A stretch of DNA of 62,277 nucleotides, counting the filler, from Diploschistes diacapsis (taxonomy: Eukaryota), in NCBI GenBank assembly GCA_023645945.1. It is 7 parts of 7 records of this genome, joined end to end, with 100 filler letters (N's around TTAATTAATTAA, not from the genome) between each part and the next. Parts side by side here need not be neighbours in the genome. Positions count along the whole stretch, not along the records: positions 11,410 to 17,009 come from JALAIB010001517.1; positions 17,110 to 22,697 come from JALAIB010001518.1; positions 22,798 to 28,385 come from JALAIB010001519.1; 4 more parts are not named here. One strand, 5' to 3'. This document shows, in pieces, positions 13,300 to 25,694 of the stretch. The first letter of the stretch is position 1. Each line of letters begins with the position of its first letter. Made by a program: the position numbers and the translations under genes. The notes below the pieces were generated by a model, which was not told the DNA's origin, did not search any database, and saw nothing but the letters and a program-made list of their open reading frames with translations.

Positions 13300-14331
13300 A
13301 CCGGGATTATGGAGTCAGACAAAAAGGTCGGTGCTACTTCCCCTGCTTGTTTTCTTGCTCGCACAAAAACGTTTTTTCTTATCTTCTTCCCATGGAAAAC
13401 ATTCGGGAGAGAACCCGTTTCTCTTAACATGTGGTCATCCGTGGGTGGTCAAACAATAGCCAGTCAAACGAGGTGCAAGGAACCCACAAGCATCTCTACT
13501 ACGACAACAACCTCCATCGTCGTCCAACTGTTGGACGTCCCGTAAAGCCGCTGCCACTCCACAAAGGTCGAAATCTTCAGGTTTTTCAGATTATTCAAGT
13601 AGCGTTTTCATCACATCTACCTTCAAGGGCCTTCGAGAAACGCTTCACGTTTCTTCTAAACCAACTTTTGAGCAATTGCCACTGATGCCGTCGTGGCCTT
13701 AAGATTTGGCACTGGAAAACAGCGTTTAGTTGAGAGCGCTGTATCACCCTGTTAGCGTAACGTGCCGTCTTACTACTAACAACTGGGCGACGATAGAGGC
13801 TGTATAGCGGCAACATGCTACTGGCGCTTGGCCGTTTGTTGAGTGCCGAGGTGGGTCTACGCAAAGAACGCTGCTCTGGCGTGTCTGACAATCTTCCCTT
13901 GATCCCAAGTGGCTTTGGTCATATTCGCAGAAAGTGATGCGACTGACAAGGAAAGGGAAGCAAAGAGAAATTTCCTGGAAGCACAAATAAAATGGAGAAG
14001 TCTGTTCTTTAATCTACCCGCCATACGCTTGTTTTATATTGCTCTAGCGTTTGTTTGTTTGTTTCACAGCCTTCCTTAAGCCACGACCAGACTTGGTGTT
14101 CCTATCAAGATAGGCGGTTAATCTCTGCCGTGATATAAGGGTTAACAGCTGACCCGCCGGATCAGAGTAATCTAATCTACGTCCAAGTAGATACAAGAAG
14201 AATGTGTTTTTGGGGTTGGACTTTGGTCAGTACGAATATCTTCATAAGAGGTGTCGGCTGAGGTTTCACCTCCACTCACAAACCTGCACCTTCCCAACAT
14301 ACCAGCCAAGACAGCACGCTCTTTACCAGTC

Positions 14332-16158
14332 ATGGCTTGGTCTACATTCGTTCTCATATCCTTTTTGCTGTGGTTGAGTGTTGCTGCCACCAACACTACC
14401 ATCAACGACACTTTCCTTCAAACGTGGTGGCACAACACAGGGGAGATCAACACTCAGACCCCGGTGCAGGCTGGCAATGTTCGCCAGTCACATCTGTACT
14501 CGGTCCAAGTTGGCAGCAGCGCGAACGGGCCCTTTTACGATTCCTTCGCATACGAAACGATCCCTCGGAATGGTCAAGGAAATATCCTCATACCGGGCGA
14601 TCCATACTCGACCACGGACAATGATGATGGAATCACCATCGAGCCCGACGTCAACATTACCATGGCTTGGTCTTCGTTCCTCTATTCGAGCGACGCATGG
14701 GTCAAGGTCAGCCGAACGGATGGGTCTCCGGCCAATTCGAGCAGCGTGGTCATCCGCCCTACGAATCTGGATTACGATGTCGCCGACTCTAACGGTGACA
14801 TCGTAGTGCATGTGCCCTATACCAGCTTCGGTTCAAGGTTCTCCATCGAGTTCCAGGAAGACCTTTACACCTATGTCGATAGCTGCTCAACAGATTCGTC
14901 CACGGAATGCGGCTATGTTCAGAACGAAAATCCGCACGGCTTCTCCTACGTGTTCAACTACACCGAGTCCATGCCGATCATGGGCGTCGAGCCTCGCAAT
15001 GCTCTTCTGATCTTTGCTGGGCCTTTTCCCGAGTCACAATATGTACCTGTTGTCAGCGCGGAGAGTTCTTGCGTAGTCGATCCCGGCTTCGTGGGCACTC
15101 TCAGCGAGACGACCGCGAGTACGGTTGTCTTCAACCCCGGGGTCTACTACTTTGGCGCTACCAACCACGCTATCCTGAGCCCAAGCGTCAACTGGGTCTA
15201 TTTTGCGCCGGGCGCCTTCGTCAAAGGTGCTATACAATTCACCAGCAACGCTTCCCTCATTCTCGCAACCGGCTCCGGCGTTCTTTCGGGAGAGCAATAC
15301 GTCTACCAAGCCGACCCCTCCCAAGGCTACACCAACTCGGAAAACAACGACGATTGCCTCCGCATGTGGAGTGGTCATTCTACATCAGACGTCAACCAAA
15401 CCTTCCTCGTCGCCGGGCCCACCGTGAACTCCCCTCCCTTCAACAGCATGGACTTCACCGGCGACGTCTCCACGATGACGGTGCAGGCATGGGAATACAA
15501 GCAAGTCGGCGCCTACTTCGGCCAAACCGACGGCATGGAGAATTACCCCGGGTCGCACGTCCACGACGTATTCTACCACTCCAACGACGACACGCTCAAG
15601 ACCTACTACAGTGACGTCCTGATCGAGCGTGTCGTAGTCTGGAAAGCCACCACCGCGCCAACCATCCAGTTCGGCTGGTGCTCGCGCAATCTGACCAACG
15701 TGACCGTCGACAACGTCGACATCATCCACTCGCGCTACAGCTCCAACGGCTCGCACCCGAGCCTCATCGGCGCCAACCAGGTCTACGGCACCAGCGAGAC
15801 GGACATCTCGACCGCCGACTTGTCCAACACCATCTCCAACATCACCCTCTCCAATCTGCGGTCCGAGGGCATCTCGGGAGACCTGTTCCGCATCGTGCCC
15901 CTGTCGAACATCCAGAACCTGCGCATAGAAAACGTTTCCATTGACGCCTTCTCCGCCGTTACTAATGGCATCCACGAGAGCCAGATCCCCGTCTTCACCG
16001 ACGCTGCGGGCGTTCCGGTTCAGATTAGTAACTTTGTGGTTAGCGGATACTACGTCAACGGCACGGCTGTCACGGAGAATAACATGGGCGCCGGCAGCTT
16101 GGGGAGCTTGAACATCCCCGAGGATTTCGCCAGGGAAGGGGGCGTGACGATCGTGTAG
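14332..16158 (+). CDS. Secreted glycoside hydrolase family 49 (dextranase/isopullulanase-like), intronless
   Basis: Signal peptide MAWSTFVLISFLLWLSVAA; TWWHNTGEINTQTPVQAGNVRQSHLYSVQV; YFAPGAFVKGAI; GVLSGEQYVYQA; catalytic-region QTDG and HSNDD; APTIQFGW. Confidence 0.93.
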   Translation: MAWSTFVLISFLLWLSVAATNTTINDTFLQTWWHNTGEINTQTPVQAGNVRQSHLYSVQVGSSANGPFYDSFAYETIPRNGQGNILIPGDPYSTTDNDDGITIEPDVNITMAWSSFLYSSDAWVKVSRTDGSPANSSSVVIRPTNLDYDVADSNGDIVVHVPYTSFGSRFSIEFQEDLYTYVDSCSTDSSTECGYVQNENPHGFSYVFNYTESMPIMGVEPRNALLIFAGPFPESQYVPVVSAESSCVVDPGFVGTLSETTASTVVFNPGVYYFGATNHAILSPSVNWVYFAPGAFVKGAIQFTSNASLILATGSGVLSGEQYVYQADPSQGYTNSENNDDCLRMWSGHSTSDVNQTFLVAGPTVNSPPFNSMDFTGDVSTMTVQAWEYKQVGAYFGQTDGMENYPGSHVHDVFYHSNDDTLKTYYSDVLIERVVVWKATTAPTIQFGWCSRNLTNVTVDNVDIIHSRYSSNGSHPSLIGANQVYGTSETDISTADLSNTISNITLSNLRSEGISGDLFRIVPLSNIQNLRIENVSIDAFSAVTNGIHESQIPVFTDAAGVPVQISNFVVSGYYVNGTAVTENNMGAGSLGSLNIPEDFAREGGVTIV

Positions 16159-17009
16159 GACTTGCCTTTTTGTCTCGCTGACTGCTTTCTTCACAACAGC
16201 GCACGGGGCCTGCTTCTTCCCTTCCTGAACGACCTTGACAGCTGGCAGCCCGTCTGCTTTTGATGTACCCGCTACTATTGCTCCTGGGATGGTTTTACTG
16301 ACCTTTGACCATGCAGTGCTGCAACGCCTCCTTCGACGACGGCAACTCTATCCGCATCACTACCGCCTTCGACATCAACAACGTTGACTCCGTCCTTCGA
16401 CGACTCCTTCGACCACGCCTTCGACGACGCCTTCTTCTGCAGCGTGGACGCCTGATCCTTATTCTATGTTTCTTTCGATACCCCTCCCGAGTTTGAAGGT
16501 GCCAGCGGCCAGCGTTCCTGCTTGACGGCGGTGTTTGCGTTTGAAGGGATTTCGTCGGGATTTCGTCGTTGATGGAAAGGAAATAGATGACATGTTTGTT
16601 AAACGATAGACGTGTGGGATGGGAGCACAAGGCTCAGGCTGTCGGAAAGATCTTTATGTTTGGAGATAGATGTGTGGCCGCGAGTTTGAGATCATAGATA
16701 TACACACACATCATAACTTGCTCAAACTTTAGTATCCGCAATGCTATTGCTATTATCAATGTTTTTGCGGAAGAGCCCGCGGCAGTGTGCTCTGTTCTGC
16801 TGCTCCGTTCCATTCGCCATCCCTAGTAATGCTAAGCTCAAGATGCTGCAGCGCACAAAGTGGAGACACACTTGCTTGAAGGAGGCACCGTAGCGCCAAA
16901 AGCAAGTCCGGTCCAATCCGGCTAAAAACAGGGTCAAGTCACAGCCAGAGCCGCAAGTAGTCTTTACTACCTCCTCCACTTCTTCCCCGCCTCTCTTCCT
17001 CTTCCTCTC

Positions 17010-17109
17010 NNNNNNNNNNNNNNNNNNNNNNNNNNNNNNNNNNNNNNNNNNNNTTAATTAATTAANNNNNNNNNNNNNNNNNNNNNNNNNNNNNNNNNNN
17101 NNNNNNNNN
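17010..17109. other. Artificial contig linker
   Basis: N44-TTAATTAATTAA-N44. Confidence 0.99.
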
Positions 17110-17539
17110 GGCGTGGGGTGTGCTTGGTGGGAGAGGTTGCTCTCGTTGGCTGGGGCAGAGGGGTTTTGAGGGAAATGGAGAAATTGGTTCCGGGATCTGG
17201 ATTCAGGCGCAGAGGAGGGAAGAAGGGGGGGGGAGGGTGTTGGCTTGTGCGATGGGCTGCGAAGGTTCTAGGGGGATCGTATATCCTGTATCCCGCATGC
17301 TGAAGGGGGCTGGCGTGATGAGGGCACCGTCAGCACGGCCAGAGCCAGGATCTAGGGAAATCAAAGAAGAGACGATAGAGCGACCGCAAGGCGGTTGGAA
17401 GATAACTAAGACTATCAATCGATGATTGAGTGATGGCAAGTCACGGCTGCGGTTAACAAAACGGGGGGTATCAATGTCGAGTATCCTGCCCTATCCTTCC
17501 CATCCTTTCTTAACCATGTACCGTCCGGCAGAACGCCCC

Positions 17540-18682
17540 TCACCGTCCCATATTCATCGCCTGCGTAAGCGCCAAGCGCTTGCTATACGGGCTCAAGCTG
17601 CGCTCCTTCCTCTCCTGCTGCTGCTGCTGCTGCGGCATCATCCCCCTCTGCCTCTCAAACCCCCTGGGCCGTTCCCGCCGATCATCAACATCACCATCTC
17701 GCTCACGGCGCGATCTCCCACCCTCTGCATCCCGCCCGTATCCATCCCTCCTTCTCCCCCGCTCCCCACGCTCCCTGGACCTTGCCTTCCCCTTATCCCG
17801 CCCCCCATCACCATCACCGTTCTCACGCTCTCTAAACGGATTCCCATTCCTATTTCCATCCTCGGCTCCCTCTCTTGCACGCCCGTCCGCGCCGCGCGAC
17901 CCCAGCGTATACCGGTCCCGGGCTATGCGGCTGTGATCCATGCTGCTGGTCCGGCTGCGCGAGAACTGCGGCTTGAAGCCCCCCTCCACATCCCTGTCCC
18001 GGCCGCGGCGCGACGGACTGACCGACGAGTGGCGCCGGCGCGTGTTGCGGTCGGCGGGGCGGAAAGAGGAGTGTCGGCGCGGCGGGTGGGAGCTGGAGGT
18101 AGAGTAGGAATTGGTGGAGGAGGACATTGAGGGGCTGCGGCGACGCTTCCGGGGGTGGATGCTGAGCTTGCTGCGGCGCGGCGAGGGGGAGGAGTGTCCC
18201 GTGTGTGTGCGTCGCGGCGGGGATCGCTCGCGGGATAGGTTCGTGGATATGGTGGAGATGGAACTGGATGAGATGGACCGTGAACGGGGGTAGTCGGCTT
18301 CGAGGAGGCGCTGGCGGCCGCGCGAGGCGCTGAGGTTTGAGAGGTATTCGTCTGCGATACCTGTCCTGATTTGAAGTGGTTAGTTATGTTGTAGAAGAAG
18401 GGTTGCGGGTTTGTTGCTGCTTACTTTCGCATGAGGTCGTTGGGCGCATCGCTGGTTAGCTTGGGTACGAGTTTGGGATTGGCGAGCTGCTGGGTTCTCG
18501 AAGGTCTGGGAACGTAGGGTCTTTCCTGCACAGTTGCTTTGCATTCATAGCTGTAGTGTCGTGGGATGAGTCAGTATGCTGCCTGTGAGGTTGGGAGAGG
18601 CGTGGGACTTATCTCGCTGCAGGCACTTCTGGCATAGAGTTTGCAGGGAGGCCCTCGAGGGCGCAGGCCGGTTTCGGAGCAT
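17540..18682 (-). CDS. CCHC zinc-knuckle, Arg/Ser-rich protein (SREK1IP1/ZCCHC10-like); 3 exons, largely missed by the ORF track
   Basis: Exon 1 18682-18613 (MLRNRPAPSRASLQTLCQKCLQRG-); AT-AC intron 18612-18561; exon 2 18560-18425 (HYSYECKATVQERPYVPRPSRTQQLANPKL); GT-AG intron 18424-18366; exon 3 (TGIADEYL...) in frame with ORF 17540..18127, ending RSLSPYSKRLALTQAMNMGR*. Confidence 0.85.
18561..18612 (-). other. Non-canonical AT-AC intron (52 nt) with U2-type signals
   Basis: 5' ATAAGT, branch point TACTGAC (18576-18570), 3' CCCAC; removal restores the frame and C-x2-C-x4-H-x4-C. Confidence 0.8.
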
Positions 18683-19477
18683 GTGAAGAGGAAGTGATCT
18701 GGTATTGGGGGAGGATGAAGAGTTTGGAGGCTTGTCTATTACTGCCGTCAGGCTTAAGTCTTGGAGGCAGGTACCCTTATGTCAAAGTAAATGATAGTCG
18801 CACAAGACTAGATATGGTGCCTTAAGCTTTGCTGATAGCCCCCATAGCCATAGTGTAGGTCTCTATACTTAAACTGTTGAGCAGCCTTGTGAGAAATGAA
18901 TATGCTTAGTAGAAGGGGGAGTCAACAAGCTGTCAGCTTGAGTGCATTATAGCAACCTTGTTCGGGCAATCAGGCAGGCACGGCGCTAGGACGAATCCGT
19001 GCTCGGCTGTTCAGCCCTACCTGTGCTTTTTCCGGTCCAGCATGAACCTGGTCTCCTTCCAAGTTCTAACCACATACACTTCCTCAAACCCACCTTGCTG
19101 CCAGTGAGCCTCATCTAGAGGCTGGCCAGCTTCTTTCAGCAGCAGGAGTGCTCTACTCATTAACTCTATATCTCAACCCCCCAAAACCCATGCGGACCGA
19201 CGAGCTTTGAAATCTAGTCGTAAGGCCAGAGTATCATGAACGGTGCGGTGCGGGCGTCCTAGCCAGCAACAAGGCAACTTTCAGTCCCGGCCTGATTCAA
19301 ATCGCCCGTCTTAATGGCGAGCTGTCGCAATGTCCAACACTCCTATCTTCCCACCTTTGGACTTGTTTGAGATTTGTTCTTCTTGATTTCTTTTGCTTTT
19401 CTGATTCACTCCTTTGAAACAGCTTGCGGGGTTCAGGCTCGGCACATTAAACAGGCGTTGTGATACAAGTCCCTCCG

Positions 19478-21986
19478 ATGGCAGAAAGAAGTGCGGTAAC
19501 AAGCCCGACCGTCGGGGTGCAAAAACCCTCCTCGGCTAGTATATCGAGAATGTCTTTTGCAACAGTGAGTAGATTGTAAGTAGACAGCGTTCTTGAATAC
19601 TTACAAATATCAGGTCGCGGCTTTGCCTCCAAAACGCATCATCAATCAGAATGCGGGCAGTGCCTCAGGCAAAGCAGCCGCATCTCTTATATCCACATCT
19701 GACTCTGAGAAACTCGCATTGTCTTCTCCATCTGCTAAATCACATAGCGAGCAGGACTTAAGCCAGTCGCTCTCTAAACTGGACATGAAAAGCCAGCCTG
19801 ACCCCGCAAGCGACCCTGCTGAGCACGGCCCTCTTGAGGTCTTACGACAGAGGGCGAACCTAGAGGATGAAAAAACTCATCTGTCTGTCTCATCGACGAA
19901 GGCGCCAAGCCTAGACGGTAAGAGTATAGCTTCAATCACTACCTTCGCGATGGATGAGAAGGAGTCGATCCGACCGGACGATAGTGCAAGCGTCCAGGCG
20001 GCGGAAGACGAGGATTCCAACTCTGGTCCTGGTTCCGGTGCCCAGAACTCTCGCTTCGGCTCCGAGGCTGGGGCCAAAGCGTTCCACTCACAGCTGCAAG
20101 AAATCTCGCAGCAGAGGGGCATACCTCTGCCTAGAAAGATCGGTGACGCTGTGACTGCAGCACCGCTTGTCAACTGCCTCCAACAGCCTCTTACCATCAG
20201 CGCTAGCCCTCCCAACCTAGGCCCGCAAGGGGCACCGATGATTCCTCAGTATCAGTTTTGCGCGCCGGATCAGAAACTTTTGGAAGCTCTCGAGAGTGCG
20301 AAAGACAGGCTGTTTTTGCTTCAGCTGGAGCAACAGTTTATTGCGTTCATACAGGATCTGCAAGTGAATTCGCTGGATCTTCCGCCGTACAACTCCTTCT
20401 TTCGGCTGTTGGCGCACAGGCTTGGCGACTATTATAGGCTTTCGCACTGGGTTGACGGTAGCACGAATGCCGTGCGACTATACAAAACCAACGAAACTCA
20501 TTGCGCGCAACTTCCGACACCCCTGAGTGCTTTCAGCCGGAAGTCTTCATCCGATGACGCACCATCAGCAGCGCCGTCGATGAAAATAATGAGACGGGCA
20601 GGAGCAGCTCCATCGGAGACTGCAGCTACGCAATCCGGTGGAAATACGAATGTCAATTCCATGGCTCCTTCGAAGGCGGGCTCCGAGACTGGGGACGAAA
20701 GCCCAAAAGTCTCCGGTTTGGCTTCACCTGCAGAATCATCCACTGCAAAGGATAAGGCCACGCAAACAAGAGAAGAACGAGAGGCCAAGTATAAAGAAGC
20801 ACGCGAACGCATTTTTGGGGACTGGAAGGAAAGCGATAGTGGGGAGGCAAATCCAAGTAACGAGGCTTCAACTCAGGCTTCGAGGGCAAGCTCCGTTAAC
20901 GGGCGGAAGAAAAAGAAGAGCCACAAGAACAATGATGATGGCTTCGAAGTTCGCTCGGCGTACAACGTCTATTATCCCAATCGCCAAGGACCTGGCTTCG
21001 ATCAAATTGGAAGCCCAGTGGGTTATTATAATCCTTATATGCAGCAGAACGGTGCTCAAACGATGCAGCCGAATCTTGCTCCCACTTTTGAACAACAGTA
21101 TCCTCCCATGCAAACTACGCAGGTTTTCGCAGGACAAATGGTTGCCCAAGGCCAAATGCCTGCCAGTAACGGCATTTTAGTTCCTCCAGGAGCGCAACAG
21201 CAACTAATGGACACAATGGGCTATCAAGTGCAGCCACAGCCGATGATTAATCAATTTTATCCCCAAATGCAGCAGCCTCAGAACCAAATGCCGTTCCAGC
21301 CTCCGATGGTGCCTTCACCCAACTCTTACAATCCTCAGCTGTCCCGGCCTGTCTCGCAGATATCCGACCAAAGCTGGAGTCAGAGTAGTCTCCAAGGCCC
21401 TTACCGGCTGTGTTCTACAATACCGAACGGCTATCCACCGCAACAACCACCGAGCATGCAGCAGTTTACTATGAACAGCCCAAACAACATGCCAATGCCT
21501 TACCCTTATGGCCAACTGCCCTATCAACACCATGCCCCAGGCAATATGAACGCTCATCCCGTCCCTGGGAGCTACAATCGCCAAACCTTCAATGCACAGT
21601 CGCAAGTGTTTGTTCCGGGAGCTTCTGGATACCTTACTGCGGGGACTGACCATAGCAACAGGCAAAACAATAACATGACTTCACCGCAGGGGGGTTCCCA
21701 AGGTGGGATGAGTTTCAGCTACCCAATGCCTCAGATGCCGCAGAACCACCTCGTATCCCCTCTGGTAGCTTCGAGCTCCAGTTCGCCGCGCAAAGTCTCG
21801 AACCAGAGCTCACAGTCCCAATCACCAGGGGCATCTAGTACCATTTCAAAGTGGGGCACACCATCTACTTTACCACCAAAGCCGCCGCCACCTGCAAACC
21901 AGCTCATGCCCAGCAGTATGCCTACATTCCAGAATGGCACGTACTCTCAGCCCGTTGGTGCATCCGGGGATACCCTGACCCACTAA
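19478..21986 (+). CDS. R3H-SUZ domain RNA-binding protein with a Q/P-rich tail (Rbs1/R3HDM-like)
   Basis: Exon 1 19478-19564 (...RMSFAT); intron 19565-19613; TFAMDEKESIRPDDSASV; R3H NSFFRLLAHRLGDYYRLSH; SUZ MKIMRR...TREEREAKYKEARERIF; tail KWGTPSTLPPKPPP. Confidence 0.9.
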
Positions 21987-22447
21987 TTTGGGGCGTTCGG
22001 TGGAAATTCGATGGATTAGTCTTGTTTACAATCGTGAGTGTGCGCGAAAATAGCATCGGGCGTCGATTTACAGGAAGTATCAAAGATATCCCGAGTGCGA
22101 GTATCTTATATCGCGTTTGAATGATGGGCATTTAAGGTGTTTGGGGATGCAGAAAAACCATGGACCTTTATCCTCGGACATGGCTAGATAGAAATGAGAA
22201 ACGGCATGTTACGATCTTGCCGTTGTCCATATTCGTGATTTTTCGTAGCCCACAGAAAGCGCAACCACAAAATCCAATTCTGCATATGTACATTCTCCAG
22301 ACCCATGACACCACTCATCATCATCATCATGTTAAACGGGTATCATAACAACCTGTCCCAAACCCGCCTCCCTTCACCCCCTCCCCTTTCCCCAGGGTCC
22401 AATCTGCTCAAACCCACCTCCTCCACCCTCCCTCTTCCCTCCCTCCT

Positions 22448-22697
22448 CTACCTTCCCCCCTCAACCCTCCGCCAAACATCCTCCCATCGAACCCCTTGCA
22501 CCCACCTCACCGCTCCCTCCACCTCTCCGTTCCACCGGTCCTTCCACCTCTCGCTCCAGCTCTCTCTAGTTACCGCAAATCGCGGCGCGTCCTCGACCGG
22601 CACGATGCCCGGCTCGAAAACGGAGTTGAGGAGCAGCGCCTGTTGCGATAGGAGGGTGGATTGCTGGAGCCGGTTGCGCTGGTGCATGGTGAGGAAG
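22448..22697 (-). CDS. MIC12: MICOS subunit Mic12-like, 5'-truncated by the gap
   Basis: FLTMHQRNRLQQSTLLSQQALLL...ERWKDRWNGEVEGAVRWVQGVRWEDV resembles the fungal Mic12/Aim5 pattern; the N-terminal TM lies in the gap. Confidence 0.7.
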
Positions 22698-22797
22698 NNN
22701 NNNNNNNNNNNNNNNNNNNNNNNNNNNNNNNNNNNNNNNNNTTAATTAATTAANNNNNNNNNNNNNNNNNNNNNNNNNNNNNNNNNNNNNNNNNNNN
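22698..22797. other. Artificial contig linker
   Basis: N44-TTAATTAATTAA-N44. Confidence 0.99.
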
Positions 22798-23369
22798 GGG
22801 GTCGAGAGTGCGAGGAACTAGGTAGATTGAACTGTAGGCATAGTGCATAAGACGCAGCGGGGCATAATAACTACCACGTACCCTTGTACATTTTCCTGTG
22901 ACCATGATCTGTAAGCCACCAGGCTATAACAACCATAACTGTTTCTACATCTCTGCCCCTCAAGAGCTCTGGGTAGTTATGTATTACGTATTTGTTTTAC
23001 ATCTGATGGCGAGAAGCTGACGCCTAGTTTCGTTCGGGCCGACTGAAACCGAAACCGAAACTGAAACTGAAAGAAAAATAGGGGTCCCGGAAGTGAATAC
23101 GAGGGGCTCGGGGGGGCTCGTGTTCCCCGTATGCTATTATTATTATCATTATGGTTGCCTCTGGAAAATGGTGCCTTTCGCTTCGCTTTGCTCGCTAAGG
23201 CGGCCACTTAGAGGTGCCGTTATTCTGACGTGAAGTAAGTTAAATTACCGGAGTTTGACACCTTCGTAAACATTACTGGAAGGACCCGCAAACAGGGGCG
23301 CACAGGCTAATGGTGAAATATATATTTATTTCGGTCACAATAATTGCTTGGAACTGGGCGCTGGCTGCT

Positions 23370-23412
23370 GTAAGTACACGAGCTTTTGGCTGTTGATACT
23401 GACAAACTTCAG
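23370..23412 (+). other. Probable 5'-UTR intron of the GH17 gene
   Basis: GTAAGT...TACTGAC...TTCAG, 43 nt, about 250 bp upstream of the ATG at 23663. Confidence 0.6.
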
Positions 23413-23662
23413 CCTTGCAATCATTGACCGTTCGTTATACTATCTATCTTCGTGTTTTCAATCCACCAGCCTCAAATACCATCACACTCGTTCTTTCACT
23501 TTCGGTCTTACGTGCCCGTTCTACTACGACTCTGAGATTGCATAGTTTCCTGGACCTTTCTACTTGTTGAACACATGCGTTGAGAACGCTGCTCAGCCGT
23601 TGTTGACCTTGAGACCGTTATTTTTAATCATCCCTTCGTTGTGTCACATCAGACCGCACACG

Positions 23663-25694
23663 ATGCAGCAGGACAAAAGGGGTGACTTCTTCCCTCCAAC
23701 AGGAGCGTCCTCGGGCTCGTTCGCCCCACCTCCTGTCCCAGCCCATTTGACTCTCAGCATGCAGCAGAGATCAGAATCGGCGTCCTACGAAGATCAGCAG
23801 TTCCGTGCGCCTCCTCGAAATCCCTTCAACGACTCCAACCTCGCTCTATCACATGTCTCTACAAGAAACTCAGCCGCATCCGTACCAGCGGCATCTGGCG
23901 ATATACATCGTGGACCGGTCGGAGGAGAAGCAGCAGGAGCAGCGCTGGCGGGAACGCCTGCAAGAACGGGAAATGGACGCAGACCGTCCTTTCAGACACC
24001 GGACAGGAACTCAAGCTACAGCGGCTACAGTATGGCCGAGAGCCCCGTCGGAGCAGATCCACTGGCTTGGAACCCTGCTCTCCAAAGAGGTCCATACGCC
24101 GCGAACAGCTCATACGCTGGTACAGCCCACGCTGGCCCTCCGGCTTTCCGCCTCAGTCAGCAAGGCATGCCACTGGCCGAATATCCCAGTCCGGCATTCG
24201 ACGACAGTCCTTACACGAGATATTCTTCGCCGTGGGACTCGCGCTTGGACCAGGGCGGCTTCAACCCGGACGAGATTGCGGACGACGGCGACGATGGTCT
24301 CAATCGAGGCACGCCAGCGAGAAGGAAGTCGCTGATGAGCTTTGGAAGATCGAAGAGCAGTCTAGCCGCAGGGGCCGCTGCGGGCGCTGCGACCGGAGGG
24401 GTTGTCGATGCGATACGCAACGTGAGCGGGTCGAACCCGGGCGGAGACTACGGACCGGTTCCGGCAACGGAGACGAACCTGGCATACGAGAAGAGCCGCG
24501 ATCTGGCGGAAGAGGCGAGATCGAGGAAGAAGAAACGGCTGGGTTTCGTTGTTCTTGCAGTTGTTGTTCTTCTGGCCCTGGTCGCTGCGGCCGTTGTTGG
24601 TGGGGTAATCGGAGCGAGGAACAGTGCGAACTCCCAAAATCCAGGCTCCGGTTCCGGGGGCTCTTCGCAACAACCCTCCGACGATCTCACCCTCAATTCG
24701 CCCCAGATCCAGCAGCTGCTGAACGACAAGAACCTCCATCGCGTCTTTCCTGGCATCGACTACACTCCGATGAACGCCCAGTATCCCGCCTGCCTGACTG
24801 CCCCGCCCAGCCAAGACAACATTACTATGGATATCGCCATTCTTTCCCAGCTCACCAAGACGATCCGTCTCTACGGCACCGACTGCAACCAGACGGACAT
24901 GATTCTCGACGCCCTCGACAAGCTCCAGGTGACGGACGTGAAGCTGTGGCTGGGCGTCTGGCTGGACAATAATCAGACGACAAACGACCGAGGCATGAGC
25001 GCCATGTGGGACATTCTAGGCCGAAAGGGGGCCGATCCATTTGCCGGCGTGATCATAGGGAACGAAGTCCTCTACCGCAAAGACATGAGCGAGCAGCAGC
25101 TCGGCAGCATTGTACAGGGCGTGCGTCAGAACTTCACGGCCAAGAAATTCGACCTGCCCATCGCGGTGGCCGACCTGGGCGACAACTGGAACTCGGCCCT
25201 GGTCGAGGATGTGGACGTCGTCATGTCGAACGTGCATCCCTTTTTCGGAGGCGTCGAGGCCTCTGCCGCCGCCGAGTGGACGTGGAACTTTTGGGAGCAG
25301 CACGACGTCACGCTCACCCAGGGCACCAGCAAGAAGAACGTCATTTCGGAGACGGGCTGGCCGTCCGCGGGAGGCAACGACTGCGGAACGGCCGCGTGCA
25401 CGAGCGACACGCAAGGATCCGTTGCTGGCATTGATGGGATGAATACGTTCATGAATGGCTTTGTCTGCCAGAGTCTGGCGAATTCGACAGACTACTTTTG
25501 GTCAGTTTTGTTGCATCGACTTCCAGAGGTGATTGGAGCTTACAGGTGATAGGTTTGAAGCCTTTGACGAGCCATGGAAGGTTATTTTCAACACGCAGAG
25601 CGACCAATGGGAGACGAAATGGGGCCTCATGGACGAGAATCGGAATTTGAAGCAGGGAGTGACCATTCCGGACTGTGGAGGGCAGACTGTTTGA
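23663..25694 (+). CDS. btgC: Membrane-anchored GH17 endo-beta-1,3-glucanase (BtgC-like)
   Basis: Cytosolic N-terminus with [15 protein letters not shown] after [31 protein letters not shown] (acid/base), ISETGWPS (nucleophile); intron 25501-25552 joins [12 protein letters not shown]...IPDCGGQTV*. Confidence 0.92.

Noticed and set aside
16160..17009. Cys-containing short ORFs, an imperfect 12-bp repeat and an Arg-rich antisense ORF after GH49
   Set aside because: No coherent gene model or family signature.
18561..18612. Interpretation as a U12 minor intron or a stwintron
   Set aside because: Lacks the ATATCCTT and TCCTTAAC signals, and 52 nt is too short for two nested introns.
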